From Acidobacteriota bacterium (GTDB lineage Bacteria; Acidobacteriota; UBA6911; RPQK01; JADFOI01): a stretch of DNA of 64,000 bases. Every line of letters starts with the position of its first letter. Position 1 is the first letter of the stretch. Shown piece by piece: positions 10,299-20,161 of this stretch. Below the pieces are notes generated by a model. The model searched no databases and was not told where the DNA came from. It saw only the letters and a list, made by a program, of their open reading frames with translations. The translations under genes were made by a program, and so were the position numbers. The stretch is taken from positions 2,752,001 to 2,816,000 of the forward strand of contig OY760074.1 of NCBI GenBank assembly GCA_963663035.1. Direction: 5' to 3'.

Positions 10299-10531
10299 TG
10301 ACCAAAATCAACGCCGCACTCCAAAAGCCAAATCCCAAAGGAGCTCCTCCCATACCTGCCGCGACGCCTGACAATCTTCTGCGCCCCGTGACAGGGGAGA
10401 ATGTGCCTTTTCAGGTGCGAATACCTCCCGCAGCCAAGTGCGAGTTTAAGGCCTACGCCGCAGCCCGGAATCTCCATTCCAGCCACTTATTTCTAAAAGT
10501 CTGGGAGTACTACAAGGAACACCACTCCTGA
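10298..10531 (+). CDS. Small partition partner (ParG/RHH-like)
   Basis: 77 aa, coupled to parA (TAATG); flexible N-terminus then PFQVRIP..AKCEFKAYAA. Confidence 0.7.
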   Translation: MTKINAALQKPNPKGAPPIPAATPDNLLRPVTGENVPFQVRIPPAAKCEFKAYAAARNLHSSHLFLKVWEYYKEHHS

Positions 10532-10535
10532 TGGA

Positions 10536-10567
10536 GCATGATTGCATGCACACATGCAGTCATGCTA
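10536..10567. repeat. Second array of 8-bp nCATGnnn units downstream of the par operon
   Basis: GCATGATT GCATGCAC ACATGCAG TCATGCTA. Confidence 0.7.
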
Positions 10568-10707
10568 AGGCCGGCGGGCAACTCCACGTTGCGGTGGCGG
10601 GCACGAAAATGAATGATGAAATCCGCCAGTTCATCTCCCGTCGCAGTACGGAACTTGAAGCTTCAGAAGAATAGAAAGTGGTCGCGGTATGCATCCTCGA
10701 TAATACA

Positions 10708-11811
10708 GACCTTGTTGCATGGATCATCCCGAAGGATGTCTAATCATGGTGTTTTTCAACACTGGGGATAACTTAGATGCCACATAAGTTCAACGCATCC
10801 CGACGGCACAAGTTCGATAAGGCGCAGTATCGGGTGATCGACTGGGCGGAATATAACGAGAGCCTCCGCCAGCGGGGTGATCTGACGATCTGGGTCAGTG
10901 AGGAGGCGCAAAGTGTGTGGAGCGCGCCGCGCCGCACGTCACGGGGTGGCCAGTGGAGATACTCGGATTTGGCGATCGAGACCTGCCTGACGCTGCGCAC
11001 GACGTATCGGCTTGCGTTGCGGCAAACGCAGGGACTTATGGGCTCCATCGGCACGCTCATGGGGCTGGATATACGGGTGCCGGATTACTCCACACTGTCG
11101 CGTCGCGCAAACGGCTTGAGCATCGCTCAGGCGATGAGGCAAGCCGGGTCTGTGGCTGTCCATCTGGTGGTGGACAGTACCGGCCTCAAGATCTTCGGCG
11201 AGGGGGAATGGCTCGCCCAGAAGCATAAAATCAAGGGAATACGCCGCCGCTGGCGCAAACTCCACCTCGGACTGGACCTGGCCAGCGGTGCGATTGTTTA
11301 CGCCGATCTGACTCACGATGAGGTTGGAGACAGCACCGCCTTACCCGGGCTCCTGGATCAACTCGATGCTCCTGTCGCGGGCTTTCTGGCTGACGGCGCC
11401 TATGATGGAGCGTCTATACGGGATATGCTGAGGCAGCGGTATGGGGAGACCCTGGATGTGGTTATACCGCCGCCGAAGAACGCAGTGATCCGACCGCAAT
11501 CGGCGCGGGATCCAACCGTTCGGGATCGCCATATTGCCCAGATCCGCAGCAACGGCCGCATGGCCTGGCAAGTGGCCACAGGGTACAACCAACGCAGCCG
11601 GATAGAAACGCAGATCGGTCGTTGGAAGAGCGTGATCGGCCCCAAGCTCAAATCTCGCAGCTTCTCCAGGCAAATCGCGGAGATCCAGGTCGGCCAGAAA
11701 GTTCTGAACACAATGACCGCACTCGGACGGCCTGTGTTCCAACGCATCGCCTGACGCTACCGCTTGGGAACGGGCGAATTCCATCTCCGCCCCGATCCAT
11801 GCAACAACGCT
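10708..11811 (+). mobile_element. IS5-family (IS903 group) insertion sequence
   Basis: Terminal inverted repeats GACCTTGTTGCATGGATC and GATCCATGCAACAACGCT; no clear target duplication. Confidence 0.88.
10777..11754 (+). CDS. IS5/IS903 DDE transposase
   Basis: WAEYNESLRQRGDLTIW, VDSTGLKIFGEGEW, ADGAYD, GYNQRSRIET. Confidence 0.95.
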   Translation: MPHKFNASRRHKFDKAQYRVIDWAEYNESLRQRGDLTIWVSEEAQSVWSAPRRTSRGGQWRYSDLAIETCLTLRTTYRLALRQTQGLMGSIGTLMGLDIRVPDYSTLSRRANGLSIAQAMRQAGSVAVHLVVDSTGLKIFGEGEWLAQKHKIKGIRRRWRKLHLGLDLASGAIVYADLTHDEVGDSTALPGLLDQLDAPVAGFLADGAYDGASIRDMLRQRYGETLDVVIPPPKNAVIRPQSARDPTVRDRHIAQIRSNGRMAWQVATGYNQRSRIETQIGRWKSVIGPKLKSRSFSRQIAEIQVGQKVLNTMTALGRPVFQRIA

Positions 11812-11888
11812 GTCGCCAGGGAGGTTATGCGCAGACGGCGTACTGCTATGCGTTCTTGTTGGACCTAGCGGGGTTGAGTGAGTAGCCT

Positions 11889-11948
11889 CTAGGCTGCGTT
11901 GATCTTCTTCAATTCGCGTAGGCAGTCCTTACGAAAGGCGTTTGCAAC
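11889..11948 (-). pseudogene. C-terminal RepA fragment
   Basis: Reads VANAFRKDCLRELKKINAA*, compared with NNFRTDCLRELKKIKMAW in the RepA at 46860-47771. Confidence 0.6.
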
Positions 11949-12021
11949 ACAGAAGCCCTTAAACCCGTCGGTGCCGGACCCGGGGAGCAATCATTCCTTT
12001 GCGCAACCCATCCGCTAACAG

Positions 12022-12852
12022 ATGTACTATGAGAATCAGGCGGCTCTCGTCATGGTGGCAAGAGGCAACTTGGACTGTCCCCGGAACATCCAAGTCGGTT
12101 CAATGAACGACCCTCACGTAGTCGCATTAATTTACAAAATCGAGCATGGTCCGTCGGTTGATTACCGTAAGGCGGAGTCAATAGATCACGAAGAGGCAGG
12201 TTTTCGTGTCAAGATTGAGAATGATCAAGTGCGCTTTGAATTCAAGGAACACTACGCGACGGAAGACGCTGCACGGAAAGCCATTGAAGACTACATCCGC
12301 GTTTGGGAGTTCAGCGCTTGCCTCGAAAATGGGCCGAGCTATTTCAAGCTAATATTTGACCATGCGCAGATTGAGGACCGAAACCCAACGCCGGGTGTGT
12401 TGATGTTCCACGCGCCCCCGGCTAGGTTCGAAGTGAAGGTAGAGAAAGCAACTGGTGTTGTTTCGCCAGCGTACTATCCGCCGCCGCTATCGGGGGTTAA
12501 GATCACCCCTGATGTGCAGCTCATGTATGACCGCTACATGGATCATCTGCAGGGCAGAGAAAAGCTGCTGGATGTGGCCTATTTTTGTTGGACAATGGTT
12601 AAAGACAACCCAGTAACTACAACGGATTTCTCAAGAGGGGTCTGCAATACGATCAGCAGACTTTCTGGCGGCGGCGGCGGCCCCGAGCATGCGAGAAAGA
12701 AGGCCGGAATAGACAAAGACCCTCTGACAGATCAAGAGCTCCGCTTTTTCGTCGAGGCGATCAAGGCGATTATCCGCCGAGCGGCGGAGAGGGCTCACGA
12801 CCCTGATCACAATCTCCCCCAAATATCGATGTCGGATCTTCCGCCGGTTTGA
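12022..12852 (+). CDS. Hypothetical protein
   Basis: Long ORF with protein-like composition; start may be at MNDPHVV (12103); no motif recognised. Confidence 0.65.
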   Translation: MYYENQAALVMVARGNLDCPRNIQVGSMNDPHVVALIYKIEHGPSVDYRKAESIDHEEAGFRVKIENDQVRFEFKEHYATEDAARKAIEDYIRVWEFSACLENGPSYFKLIFDHAQIEDRNPTPGVLMFHAPPARFEVKVEKATGVVSPAYYPPPLSGVKITPDVQLMYDRYMDHLQGREKLLDVAYFCWTMVKDNPVTTTDFSRGVCNTISRLSGGGGGPEHARKKAGIDKDPLTDQELRFFVEAIKAIIRRAAERAHDPDHNLPQISMSDLPPV

Positions 12853-13038
12853 AGCGCACCACACTTTTTCACTTCCTGGTTATCAAGCTAACACTACGCT
12901 AGGCACTCTTGTCCCGGGATGTAGCGCCGGAGAATGTCCAGGTTGCCGCCGTAGTAAGGGTCACCTCACGAAACGGGGAAACCTCGAACGCCAAGAGCCA
13001 TCCGAATGGCGCTCGTGGCTCACCACGGCCCTTTCCCG

Positions 13039-13068
13039 CTGTCCAGTTGAAGTATGCCAACTGGACAG
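13039..13068. other. Symmetric res site-I-like palindrome
   Basis: CTGTCCAGTTG-AAGTATGC-CAACTGGACAG; the arms equal the left half of the site at 35784. Confidence 0.65.
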
Positions 13069-13467
13069 AGGTGACCCCTTCATAGCCGAGGCAGTGGGCG
13101 GATTTCTCGCACTGATGGTGTAGTCCGCGCCGTTGGCGGATGAATAGTAAAATAGATCCATGGGGAAGAAGATGACAGAGACGACAACGATCCGGGGGGC
13201 GCTGATCATGGCCTATCCATCCGCGCTCGGCCCGGCAGACGAGCCCCTAACGATTGAGTGGCCGGAGGGCCACGCCTACGCCGTGGTAGCGACGGCATTC
13301 CACGGTGGGGCAGTGCTCGGCACGGCGGCCACCGAGGACGAGGCATGGGCGATCTACGATCAGTTGGCCAAAACTGATTGCAGGTGCGGGTGCCGGGGCA
13401 TCGTCACCCGCGACGGGCTTCGCCTCAGGCGCGGTGGGAGTCCGCAAAAGATAATAGACGACTGACC
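13057..13467 (+). repeat. Long inverted repeat, copy 1 (partner 35385-35795)
   Basis: About 411 bp of near identity, including a small ORF. Confidence 0.92.
13160..13465 (+). CDS. Hypothetical protein with CxCxC motif (inside the inverted repeat)
   Basis: ORF is open in both diverged copies; KTDCRCGCRG. Confidence 0.6.
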   Translation: MGKKMTETTTIRGALIMAYPSALGPADEPLTIEWPEGHAYAVVATAFHGGAVLGTAATEDEAWAIYDQLAKTDCRCGCRGIVTRDGLRLRRGGSPQKIIDD

Positions 13468-13643
13468 GAGGAAGGCATGCGTGGAGAAATGTTTGTCTTG
13501 GTGGCCGCACAGGAGATTGCAACTAGTCCTTCACCCGCGATGCCGGATCCGCGTACTTGGGAAACAAGATAGCGTGCCAAGCTGATGCTGGCACAGAGAT
13601 CGGTTTCTCTATAGTGCCAATAGCCCGTTAGAGAATAGAGTCC

Positions 13644-15125
13644 ATGCCGACGGCAAGAACAAGCGAGAGCCACCCACTCCGCATCACGGCGATGAACCTA
13701 GGCGAGGGCCGAGGCCGGATCGGCTTCTCGCAGTGCCCCGGCAGGATCGATCACTGCGCAATATCCGGTCCCTGGAGACGGGATCTCGACACCGATCTCG
13801 ACGCGATTCTGCACTGGGGCACGACTGCGGTGCTCAGCCTAGTCAGCCACGAAGAGCTCGCCTATCTGAAGGTGTCCGATCTCCCGAATGCGGTCCGAGA
13901 CCGGCACATGGAGTGGTGGCATGCGCCGATTCCCGACGGAGAGGCGCCGGAACGGGACTTTGAGGACGCCTGGAAGGCCACCGGTGAGTCCATCCGGAAC
14001 CGGCTGCGGCTCGGCTTCGATGTGCTGCTCCACTGCCGGGGCGGTCTGGGACGCGCCGGGACCATCACGGCCCGCCTGCTGGTGGAGTTGGGCGCACAAC
14101 CGGACGATGCGGTCCGCCGCGTGCGCGACGCCCACGAAGGGACCATCGAGAACGAGTCCCAGCTGGCCCACGTGAGGCAGTGTGAGGCACAACCACCATC
14201 GGTTCCATCCCGGACCGGCGCCGCCACCAACGACCGGGCGCTCGGGGCCTTTCTCGGTCTGGCGGTGGGCGACGCGGTCGGCACGACGCTCGAATTCTGC
14301 TCCCGCGATACGCAGCCGCGTCTAGAAGACATGGTCGGTGGCGGCCCCTTCGATCTGCCGGTCGGTGCCTGGACCGACGACACGGCCATGGCGCTGGCCC
14401 TCGCCGACAGCCTGGCGGAATCCAAGACGCTCGACTGCCGGGATCTGATGGACCGTTTCGTGAAGTGGTGGCGGGACGGAGACTACTCGTGCACCGGAGA
14501 GTGCTTCGACATCGGAAACACGACCCGAGAAGCGCTTGAGCGGTACCTGCAGACGGGTGACCCGGTCGCGGGGTCGACCGATGCCCAGAGCGCAGGCAAT
14601 GGCTCGCTGATGCGGCTCGCCCCCGTCGCTCTCCGGTTCTGGCGCGACCAGCCGCGCCTGATAGCAGCAGCAGCCGACCAGTCCCGGACAACCCACGGAG
14701 CCGAGGAAGCGGTGGACGCCTGCCGGACGTTCGGCGAGCTCCTGGCGGACGCCATCATCGGGTCACCGTTCTCGGACGTTCTGGCTCCGAGACGGTTCAC
14801 GGGAGCGGCGGCAATCGCTCAGATCATAGCCGGTGGCTGGCGAGGACGGACACGGGATACGATCCGCTCCAGCGGGTACGTCGTTCACACGCTTGAAGCC
14901 GCCCTCTGGTCAGTCGCCCGCACCGGAGACTTCCGCGGTGCGGTGCTGCTCGCGGCCAACCTGGCCGACGACGCCGATACAGTAGCAGCAGTAACGGGGC
15001 AGCTCGCCGGCGCCCTCTACGGCCTGAGCGGCATCCCTGACCATTGGCTGGAACGCGTTGCCTGGAAGGATCGACTCCTGGCAGCGGCGTGGCGGTTGCT
15101 GTCGGCACCCCTTGCCAACCGGTAG
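13644..15125 (+). CDS. Fusion of a PTP/CDKN3-like phosphatase with an ADP-ribosylglycohydrolase (DraG/ARH family)
   Basis: CX5R loop HCRGGLGRAG; GLAVGDAVG, WTDDTAM, FDIGNTT, GNGSLMR, DDADTVAAVTGQLAGALYG. Confidence 0.92.
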   Translation: MPTARTSESHPLRITAMNLGEGRGRIGFSQCPGRIDHCAISGPWRRDLDTDLDAILHWGTTAVLSLVSHEELAYLKVSDLPNAVRDRHMEWWHAPIPDGEAPERDFEDAWKATGESIRNRLRLGFDVLLHCRGGLGRAGTITARLLVELGAQPDDAVRRVRDAHEGTIENESQLAHVRQCEAQPPSVPSRTGAATNDRALGAFLGLAVGDAVGTTLEFCSRDTQPRLEDMVGGGPFDLPVGAWTDDTAMALALADSLAESKTLDCRDLMDRFVKWWRDGDYSCTGECFDIGNTTREALERYLQTGDPVAGSTDAQSAGNGSLMRLAPVALRFWRDQPRLIAAAADQSRTTHGAEEAVDACRTFGELLADAIIGSPFSDVLAPRRFTGAAAIAQIIAGGWRGRTRDTIRSSGYVVHTLEAALWSVARTGDFRGAVLLAANLADDADTVAAVTGQLAGALYGLSGIPDHWLERVAWKDRLLAAAWRLLSAPLANR

Positions 15126-15283
15126 AAGTCGGGTGGGTAGCCGAAGCACGGCGACTAGTCTCCGGCCTGCGTACGCGCGCGCGACGCGCTACTAAGGTGC
15201 CGAAAGGCAAGCGGTCCTGGCCTGACCCCTTAAAGCCGTTGTGTTCACAAAGGCAGCATCGCCAACACCGTAGCGTGCTGACC

Positions 15284-15312
15284 TTGACACCGACCGAGAT
15301 GAGTAGTATATA
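15284..15312 (+). promoter_or_regulatory. Sigma70-like promoter, probably giving a leaderless mRNA
   Basis: TTGACA-17 bp-TATATA ending 6 nt before ATG 15319; no Shine-Dalgarno. Confidence 0.55.
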
Positions 15313-15318
15313 GTACAT

Positions 15319-15672
15319 ATGACACGTTTTGGTGCTGTCCTCCGGGTCCGGCGGGAACGCCTGCGCTTGACCGACCGGCGCTTCTCCCTGCGTCAGGTGG
15401 CCTCGCGCGTTGGCATCGAACCAGCCTATCTGAGCAAGATCGAGCGGGGCGATGTGGCCCCGCCTTCGGAGGCCACGACTGCCCGGCTGGCGCAGGAACT
15501 GGGCGAGGATCCGGACGTGCTTCTAGCCTTGGCCGGAAAGGTCTCGAGCGATCTTCAGGACATCATCCGGAAACGGCCCCGGCTGTTCGCTGAATTGATC
15601 CGGCAACTGAAGAAAGCTCCCGACAACGCCATCCTCCGCGTGGTGCGTGAGGTGCGGGACGGGGACTGGTGA
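15319..15672 (+). CDS. XRE-family HTH regulator
   Basis: SLRQVASRVGIEPAYLSKIERG..PPSE. Confidence 0.9.
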   Translation: MTRFGAVLRVRRERLRLTDRRFSLRQVASRVGIEPAYLSKIERGDVAPPSEATTARLAQELGEDPDVLLALAGKVSSDLQDIIRKRPRLFAELIRQLKKAPDNAILRVVREVRDGDW

Positions 15673-15702
15673 GAACCAACGCGACAAGGAGAAACCGATT
15701 TT

Positions 15703-16719
15703 ATGATCGTTCTGGATAACGACAGCTTGGTGTTCCAATTCCCGGACGTGCACGACGACGCACGCTGCGCAATCGACTTCCAGCGCACGCTACGCATCCC
15801 CGATGACGGCCAGGACTACCCGCTGCCGCCGGGCCTGGGCCGCTTGCCGTTGCGGCATCTCGACGACTACGCGCAGCGCTTGCAGGGGGAATGGCACAGC
15901 CGAGGCGGGGTGATCGCCCCCATGCACCAGGCCGAGGCGATGTGGATTCACTTCGCCGCCTTCCGTTATCCCTTCGCAGTGAAGATCGCGACCGGCAAGA
16001 TTTGTGCTCTCACCGGTGACCAGTGGGTCAACCATCTGAACAGCGATCCGCAGGACTATGCCGTACTGCCCGAGCAGCCCTGGCTCGACGGATATTGTGT
16101 GGAGAGAGGTGTCATACGCCAGTTTGTCGCCATGCCCTTGGGCGACGGTTACACGGCCGAGGAACAGATGACCGGAGTAGGCCAGCACGGCGGCGTTCAG
16201 ATTGTCGTCTATCCGATGAAACTGGAACGATACCGGCAATTGGCTGCTCGCGAGTCCGATCCGATGTACGAGCTCGACGCGCCTCTTGACGTTGCCTACT
16301 GCCTGGAGGCGCCGATGGGGCTGGCCCCGGGCGGCCGCATGCGGCAGGAAATCTATGACGATCCTCACGGCCTGGACGCCTGGGACCAGCGGCATGCCAG
16401 CCGCTGCTTCGTCACCATCGCGAATTCGATGCAATGGGTGGAGATCACGGGGGAACGGCCGCCGACAGTCCCGCCGGCGGCGAAGCAGTACACAACAGCG
16501 GGTCTTCCGTGGTTCAACTGGTATGGCGGCGACGCTGCAGCCGTAGCCGGAGCAGAGAAGCTCAAGCCGCTTGCCAGCGTGGCGCAAATGGGCAAGACAA
16601 AGGGCGAGAGACCGCTCCCAGAAAACGAAGGCTTCGAAGTGACTAACGTTGTTGAGCCTCGAGCCAGCAGCGCCACGCGTGTGCGGGAGTTTGGTTCCGG
16701 CGCGACCGTGGATTCATAA
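15703..16719 (+). CDS. Conserved hypothetical protein
   Basis: FQRTLRIPDDG..YPLPPGLG, EAMWI, QPWLDG, RQFVAMPLG.GYTAEEQ, MGLAPGGRMRQEIY.D, YTTAGLPWF: a recognisable conserved family of unknown function. Confidence 0.8.
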   Translation: MIVLDNDSLVFQFPDVHDDARCAIDFQRTLRIPDDGQDYPLPPGLGRLPLRHLDDYAQRLQGEWHSRGGVIAPMHQAEAMWIHFAAFRYPFAVKIATGKICALTGDQWVNHLNSDPQDYAVLPEQPWLDGYCVERGVIRQFVAMPLGDGYTAEEQMTGVGQHGGVQIVVYPMKLERYRQLAARESDPMYELDAPLDVAYCLEAPMGLAPGGRMRQEIYDDPHGLDAWDQRHASRCFVTIANSMQWVEITGERPPTVPPAAKQYTTAGLPWFNWYGGDAAAVAGAEKLKPLASVAQMGKTKGERPLPENEGFEVTNVVEPRASSATRVREFGSGATVDS

Positions 16720-17025
16720 ACATATGTTGCCGCCCTTGATGGTGGCCGGGATGTTGGAGGAGGAGGCGATTCTTGGATGCTCTGAAAAGACCGTGGCCCG
16801 CCTGGCCGCGCAGAAGCGCATCCAGAAGGTAATGCCCCCGAATCCTGGGCGCAGGTCGAAGCCGATTTATAACGCAGATGACATTGAAAGAAGCGTCCGC
16901 ATACAGCGGTTTGCCGCGCGCTTCGCGGCGGCGGCGAATCACCGAAGGCACAATGAAAGCGTTCAAGGACGGCGGATGGAGAATCCGCCGCACCGACCTA
17001 GACAACCTGTAAAGGAGCAGACACG

Positions 17026-17316
17026 ATGCGTTTACCAGAAGAAGCTAATCGGTGGAGGAGCGACGGACGGACAATCGAACTCGACTTGAGCGACCTGTCC
17101 ATAAACCAGCTCGGCGAGCTGGACGGCGTTGAGGGGGACGGTACGGATCAGACACTACGTTTTTGCGAATGGCTCCGTTCAAACGGTTGGACGGTTATCA
17201 CGGAGCATCGAGGACCCATGCGGATAGGAGGACGGGCGGGACACCAGGATAAGTCTGTTGCCGCGTTCGAGCTAATGCTCCTCGATGAGTTTATGCATTC
17301 ACACTGCCTGTATTAG
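17026..17316 (+). CDS. Hypothetical protein
   Basis: AAGGAG RBS; 96 aa. Confidence 0.5.
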   Translation: MRLPEEANRWRSDGRTIELDLSDLSINQLGELDGVEGDGTDQTLRFCEWLRSNGWTVITEHRGPMRIGGRAGHQDKSVAAFELMLLDEFMHSHCLY

Positions 17317-17811
17317 CAGGTCGGGGCTGATTCATTCCGGACAGTGCTCTAACATCGTACCCGCCACCAGCGGGCGAATATCGCTGGGAGGGAACGCGGC
17401 TTCTACGAGCGTTCCTTCCCCCGCCGCTACCAGCTCCGCGCCATCATCCGCCCTCAACGCTTCCAGGATGCTCACAGGCTCCAAGTCCATTTCCTGATCG
17501 GGACGTGCAATCGAATAGTCGATCGTGTGCCGGACCAACTCGGACTCATACACGGCGGAGTTTGCAAAGCTAACCCTCACCGGCACTCTCACAAACTCGT
17601 TTCCCGTCAAACCACGCGATCAATACAGAGGATTCCATGCGTTCGGGACATCCGGGGCGGCGGGATGCAGTGGCAACAGCGGGACCGCCGACAACGGCTC
17701 GGGACCGTTGTACCCGTCGGGCCTCCCGTCCGTCCGACAGCTTACGATAATAACCGAATCTGTGCGCGGGTCCGCTTCGAGTACATCCCCGGGGAGGAAT
17801 TAAAGGGGGAA

Positions 17812-18864
17812 TTATTTGGGTGGGAATAGGCCAACATCTATCATTAACTGATCGTCCCTAGTCTTGAGCCATTCCCGAGTGGCCTCAAATCGCCTTTTGG
17901 CTAAAGTGCGTTTTGAAGGAGGGGTGCTAGTTCCACCTTTGACGTGGATGATTTCGCCTGTGGTGATGCTCCTAGCATCCCCCGGGTGGTTTTCCTCGTG
18001 AGATCCGAGCACTAGAGCACGGTTCAGGGAGTAACTCCCGGTAACCCATATGCCCTCGCTATCTGGCCCGGCGATCCTCTTCCCGAAGTTCTGCGCGCGC
18101 TGAATCGCGGCTTCTTCGCTGTCGAAGTACGTCCTGTCCCTAGCCTCTCGGGGCCGACGTTCATCCTCCGTCTCACCTTCGGCGCGGAGGAACATTGGGC
18201 AGGACAGTCGATCTGCCGCGGCCAAGCGGTCTCCCACCCATTCCAGGAGAAGGGCACGCGGGTCTGTGCTCGCCGACTCTCCCTGCCGCTCCCGCGCCAT
18301 GATCGACTGTGCTTTCACCCAGCTTCTGGCGCTTTCCGGGTTTCGGTCGTGGGCAGCCAGCACCGCGTCCTTGAGTGAACCGTGCCGGTATCGGACCTCT
18401 GACGACCACGGCACCTCTGACATGAGGCCGACGAGGAACCCCGCCATGAGGGAGTAGCGGACGGCGACACCTTCTTCCCGCGCCGTGCGCGCCTCGTTCA
18501 AGACGGCGAGCATCTGTAGAAACCCGGCCGCCCAATCGGGACCGCTCTTGTCGGGTGAAGGTTCGTCCGGCAGGTGATTCGGCCTCAGTCTGGCTGCAAC
18601 CGTCCGCTGGAGCCGGCCAACTTGGTCTAGGTCCAGCTTCTCGGCGGCATCGGAGATGTCATCGAAGAGGGCCTCCGACTTGATCCCCGGCAGGCAACCG
18701 GAAAACGCGAGTCCACCCGCCACCCCGAGGTGGAACATCCCCGACCGTTGGGCGTCGTGCACATCCGGACCTTCGGCAGGAGGCCGTTCCAGCCAAAAGA
18801 GGGCTTCCTCCAGCACGTTCAGGATCTTCCCGTACACGGATCCTAACCGTTCGTCACAGTCCAT
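17812..18864 (-). CDS. Hypothetical protein
   Basis: 350-aa ORF with AAGGAG RBS; no motif recognised. Confidence 0.6.
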   Translation of the reverse strand: MDCDERLGSVYGKILNVLEEALFWLERPPAEGPDVHDAQRSGMFHLGVAGGLAFSGCLPGIKSEALFDDISDAAEKLDLDQVGRLQRTVAARLRPNHLPDEPSPDKSGPDWAAGFLQMLAVLNEARTAREEGVAVRYSLMAGFLVGLMSEVPWSSEVRYRHGSLKDAVLAAHDRNPESARSWVKAQSIMARERQGESASTDPRALLLEWVGDRLAAADRLSCPMFLRAEGETEDERRPREARDRTYFDSEEAAIQRAQNFGKRIAGPDSEGIWVTGSYSLNRALVLGSHEENHPGDARSITTGEIIHVKGGTSTPPSKRTLAKRRFEATREWLKTRDDQLMIDVGLFPPK

Positions 18865-19276
18865 CCCGAGACTCCTTTGCCGCCCTTACGCCGGGGCCGT
18901 TGCCTCCGTCTTGCCAGCGCAGATCCTCCCTTGCTCCGTTAGCGGCCATATCGCACAGAACAATCGACCGGACCGCACCGATTCCCGGACAGCCATCCAG
19001 CATTTCCTCTTCGATTCTACCATCCGTGGATGGCAAAAAACACGGCCCCTGGAGTCGATCAATGGCTACCGGAAGCTTCGAGATAGGTCCCTATCTGGCC
19101 AACAAAAAGCATGGCGGTACTATTACTATGATGATGGGGGCGGGCCTAACGTGAAAGCAGAGATAGTAGTCTAATGTGGAAGGCGAGCCGACCGGCATTG
19201 GGCCCAGCGGCTGGGTTGACCATTTGCAGTAGCCCCTGAAGATGCCCTGGTCACTGGACAGGAAACCCAAAGTACT

Positions 19277-19864
19277 TCACACCACCCTACCGCCGCCGGG
19301 CTGCACCTCGACCTCGGAACGGAAGAGATGGGCCTTGGCGGCTCCGAATGTGATCTGTTCCAGCCGCCGCGAAGCGGCCACTTCCTTCTCCAATAGCTCA
19401 GCGAACAACTGAGGGAGGCGGCTGTGGCCAAATGAGGCTGCGGCCACGGCGAAGTCCAGGCCGCTGTTGTGCGTAAAGAACCGCCCCGGCAGAAACTCCC
19501 CCTTGCCAATGACAAGACCGTAGCGGAGGTACGGGTACACCTGCTTGTGGCGAGTCGCTTTAGCGCTGTACGTCAGCACGTCGTGAGTGGAAAGGCCCTG
19601 CTTGAACTCCATGACCACCCGCGGGATCTTGACGGGCTCACTCCCAACCGTCTCGAAAACGCATAGATCGGTTTCGAATGCCGATTGCCCCCTCTTCGGA
19701 GCGTGGGGTTCTACCGTCACCTTCAGCCGGTTGTTCACCGTCACCCGGTACAACAGCGCCTTGCCGCGCTCGATACTCAGCGGTGGCCCGATCACCTTCC
19801 TGGCCGAGGCCAAGGCGACCTCAACAAATTCATTCTCCCGGTTCATACGTGTACTCGCCATCAA
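19277..19864 (-). CDS. Putative PD-(D/E)xK (restriction endonuclease-like) nuclease
   Basis: FETDLCVFE...VVMEFK...THDVLTYSAKATRHK; start may be at MNRENEF. Confidence 0.6.
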   Translation of the reverse strand: MMASTRMNRENEFVEVALASARKVIGPPLSIERGKALLYRVTVNNRLKVTVEPHAPKRGQSAFETDLCVFETVGSEPVKIPRVVMEFKQGLSTHDVLTYSAKATRHKQVYPYLRYGLVIGKGEFLPGRFFTHNSGLDFAVAAASFGHSRLPQLFAELLEKEVAASRRLEQITFGAAKAHLFRSEVEVQPGGGRVV

Positions 19865-19932
19865 AAAGGGAGATTCTATCTTTAATCAGTCTGTGCCAAC
19901 AACGGCCCTTTTCCCCTCGCATTATCTTACTT

Positions 19933-19962
19933 CTGTCCAGTTGATGCATGCCTCAACTGGAC
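19933..19962. other. Symmetric 28-bp res site-I-like palindrome
   Basis: GTCCAGTTGATGC-AT-GCCTCAACTGGAC (19935-19962), preceded like the 13039 copy by ACGGCCCTTT(T)CCC. Confidence 0.65.
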
Positions 19963-20161
19963 GCCTTCCTAAAACGCACATCCTCTTCATCGAGACCTCC
20001 TGTTCCATCGTGCCAGAAAGCCCTACTATGCAATGGTGTCTTTTTAGGGGAAGCTTACGATTACTCCCGGCCTTCTAGCCGCCCCAATCATTTACTGTTG
20101 TCGTGAAGGCAGCATCAGGACGGTTTACAAGTCGTCTATTAGACGGTAATGTGAAAAGCAA

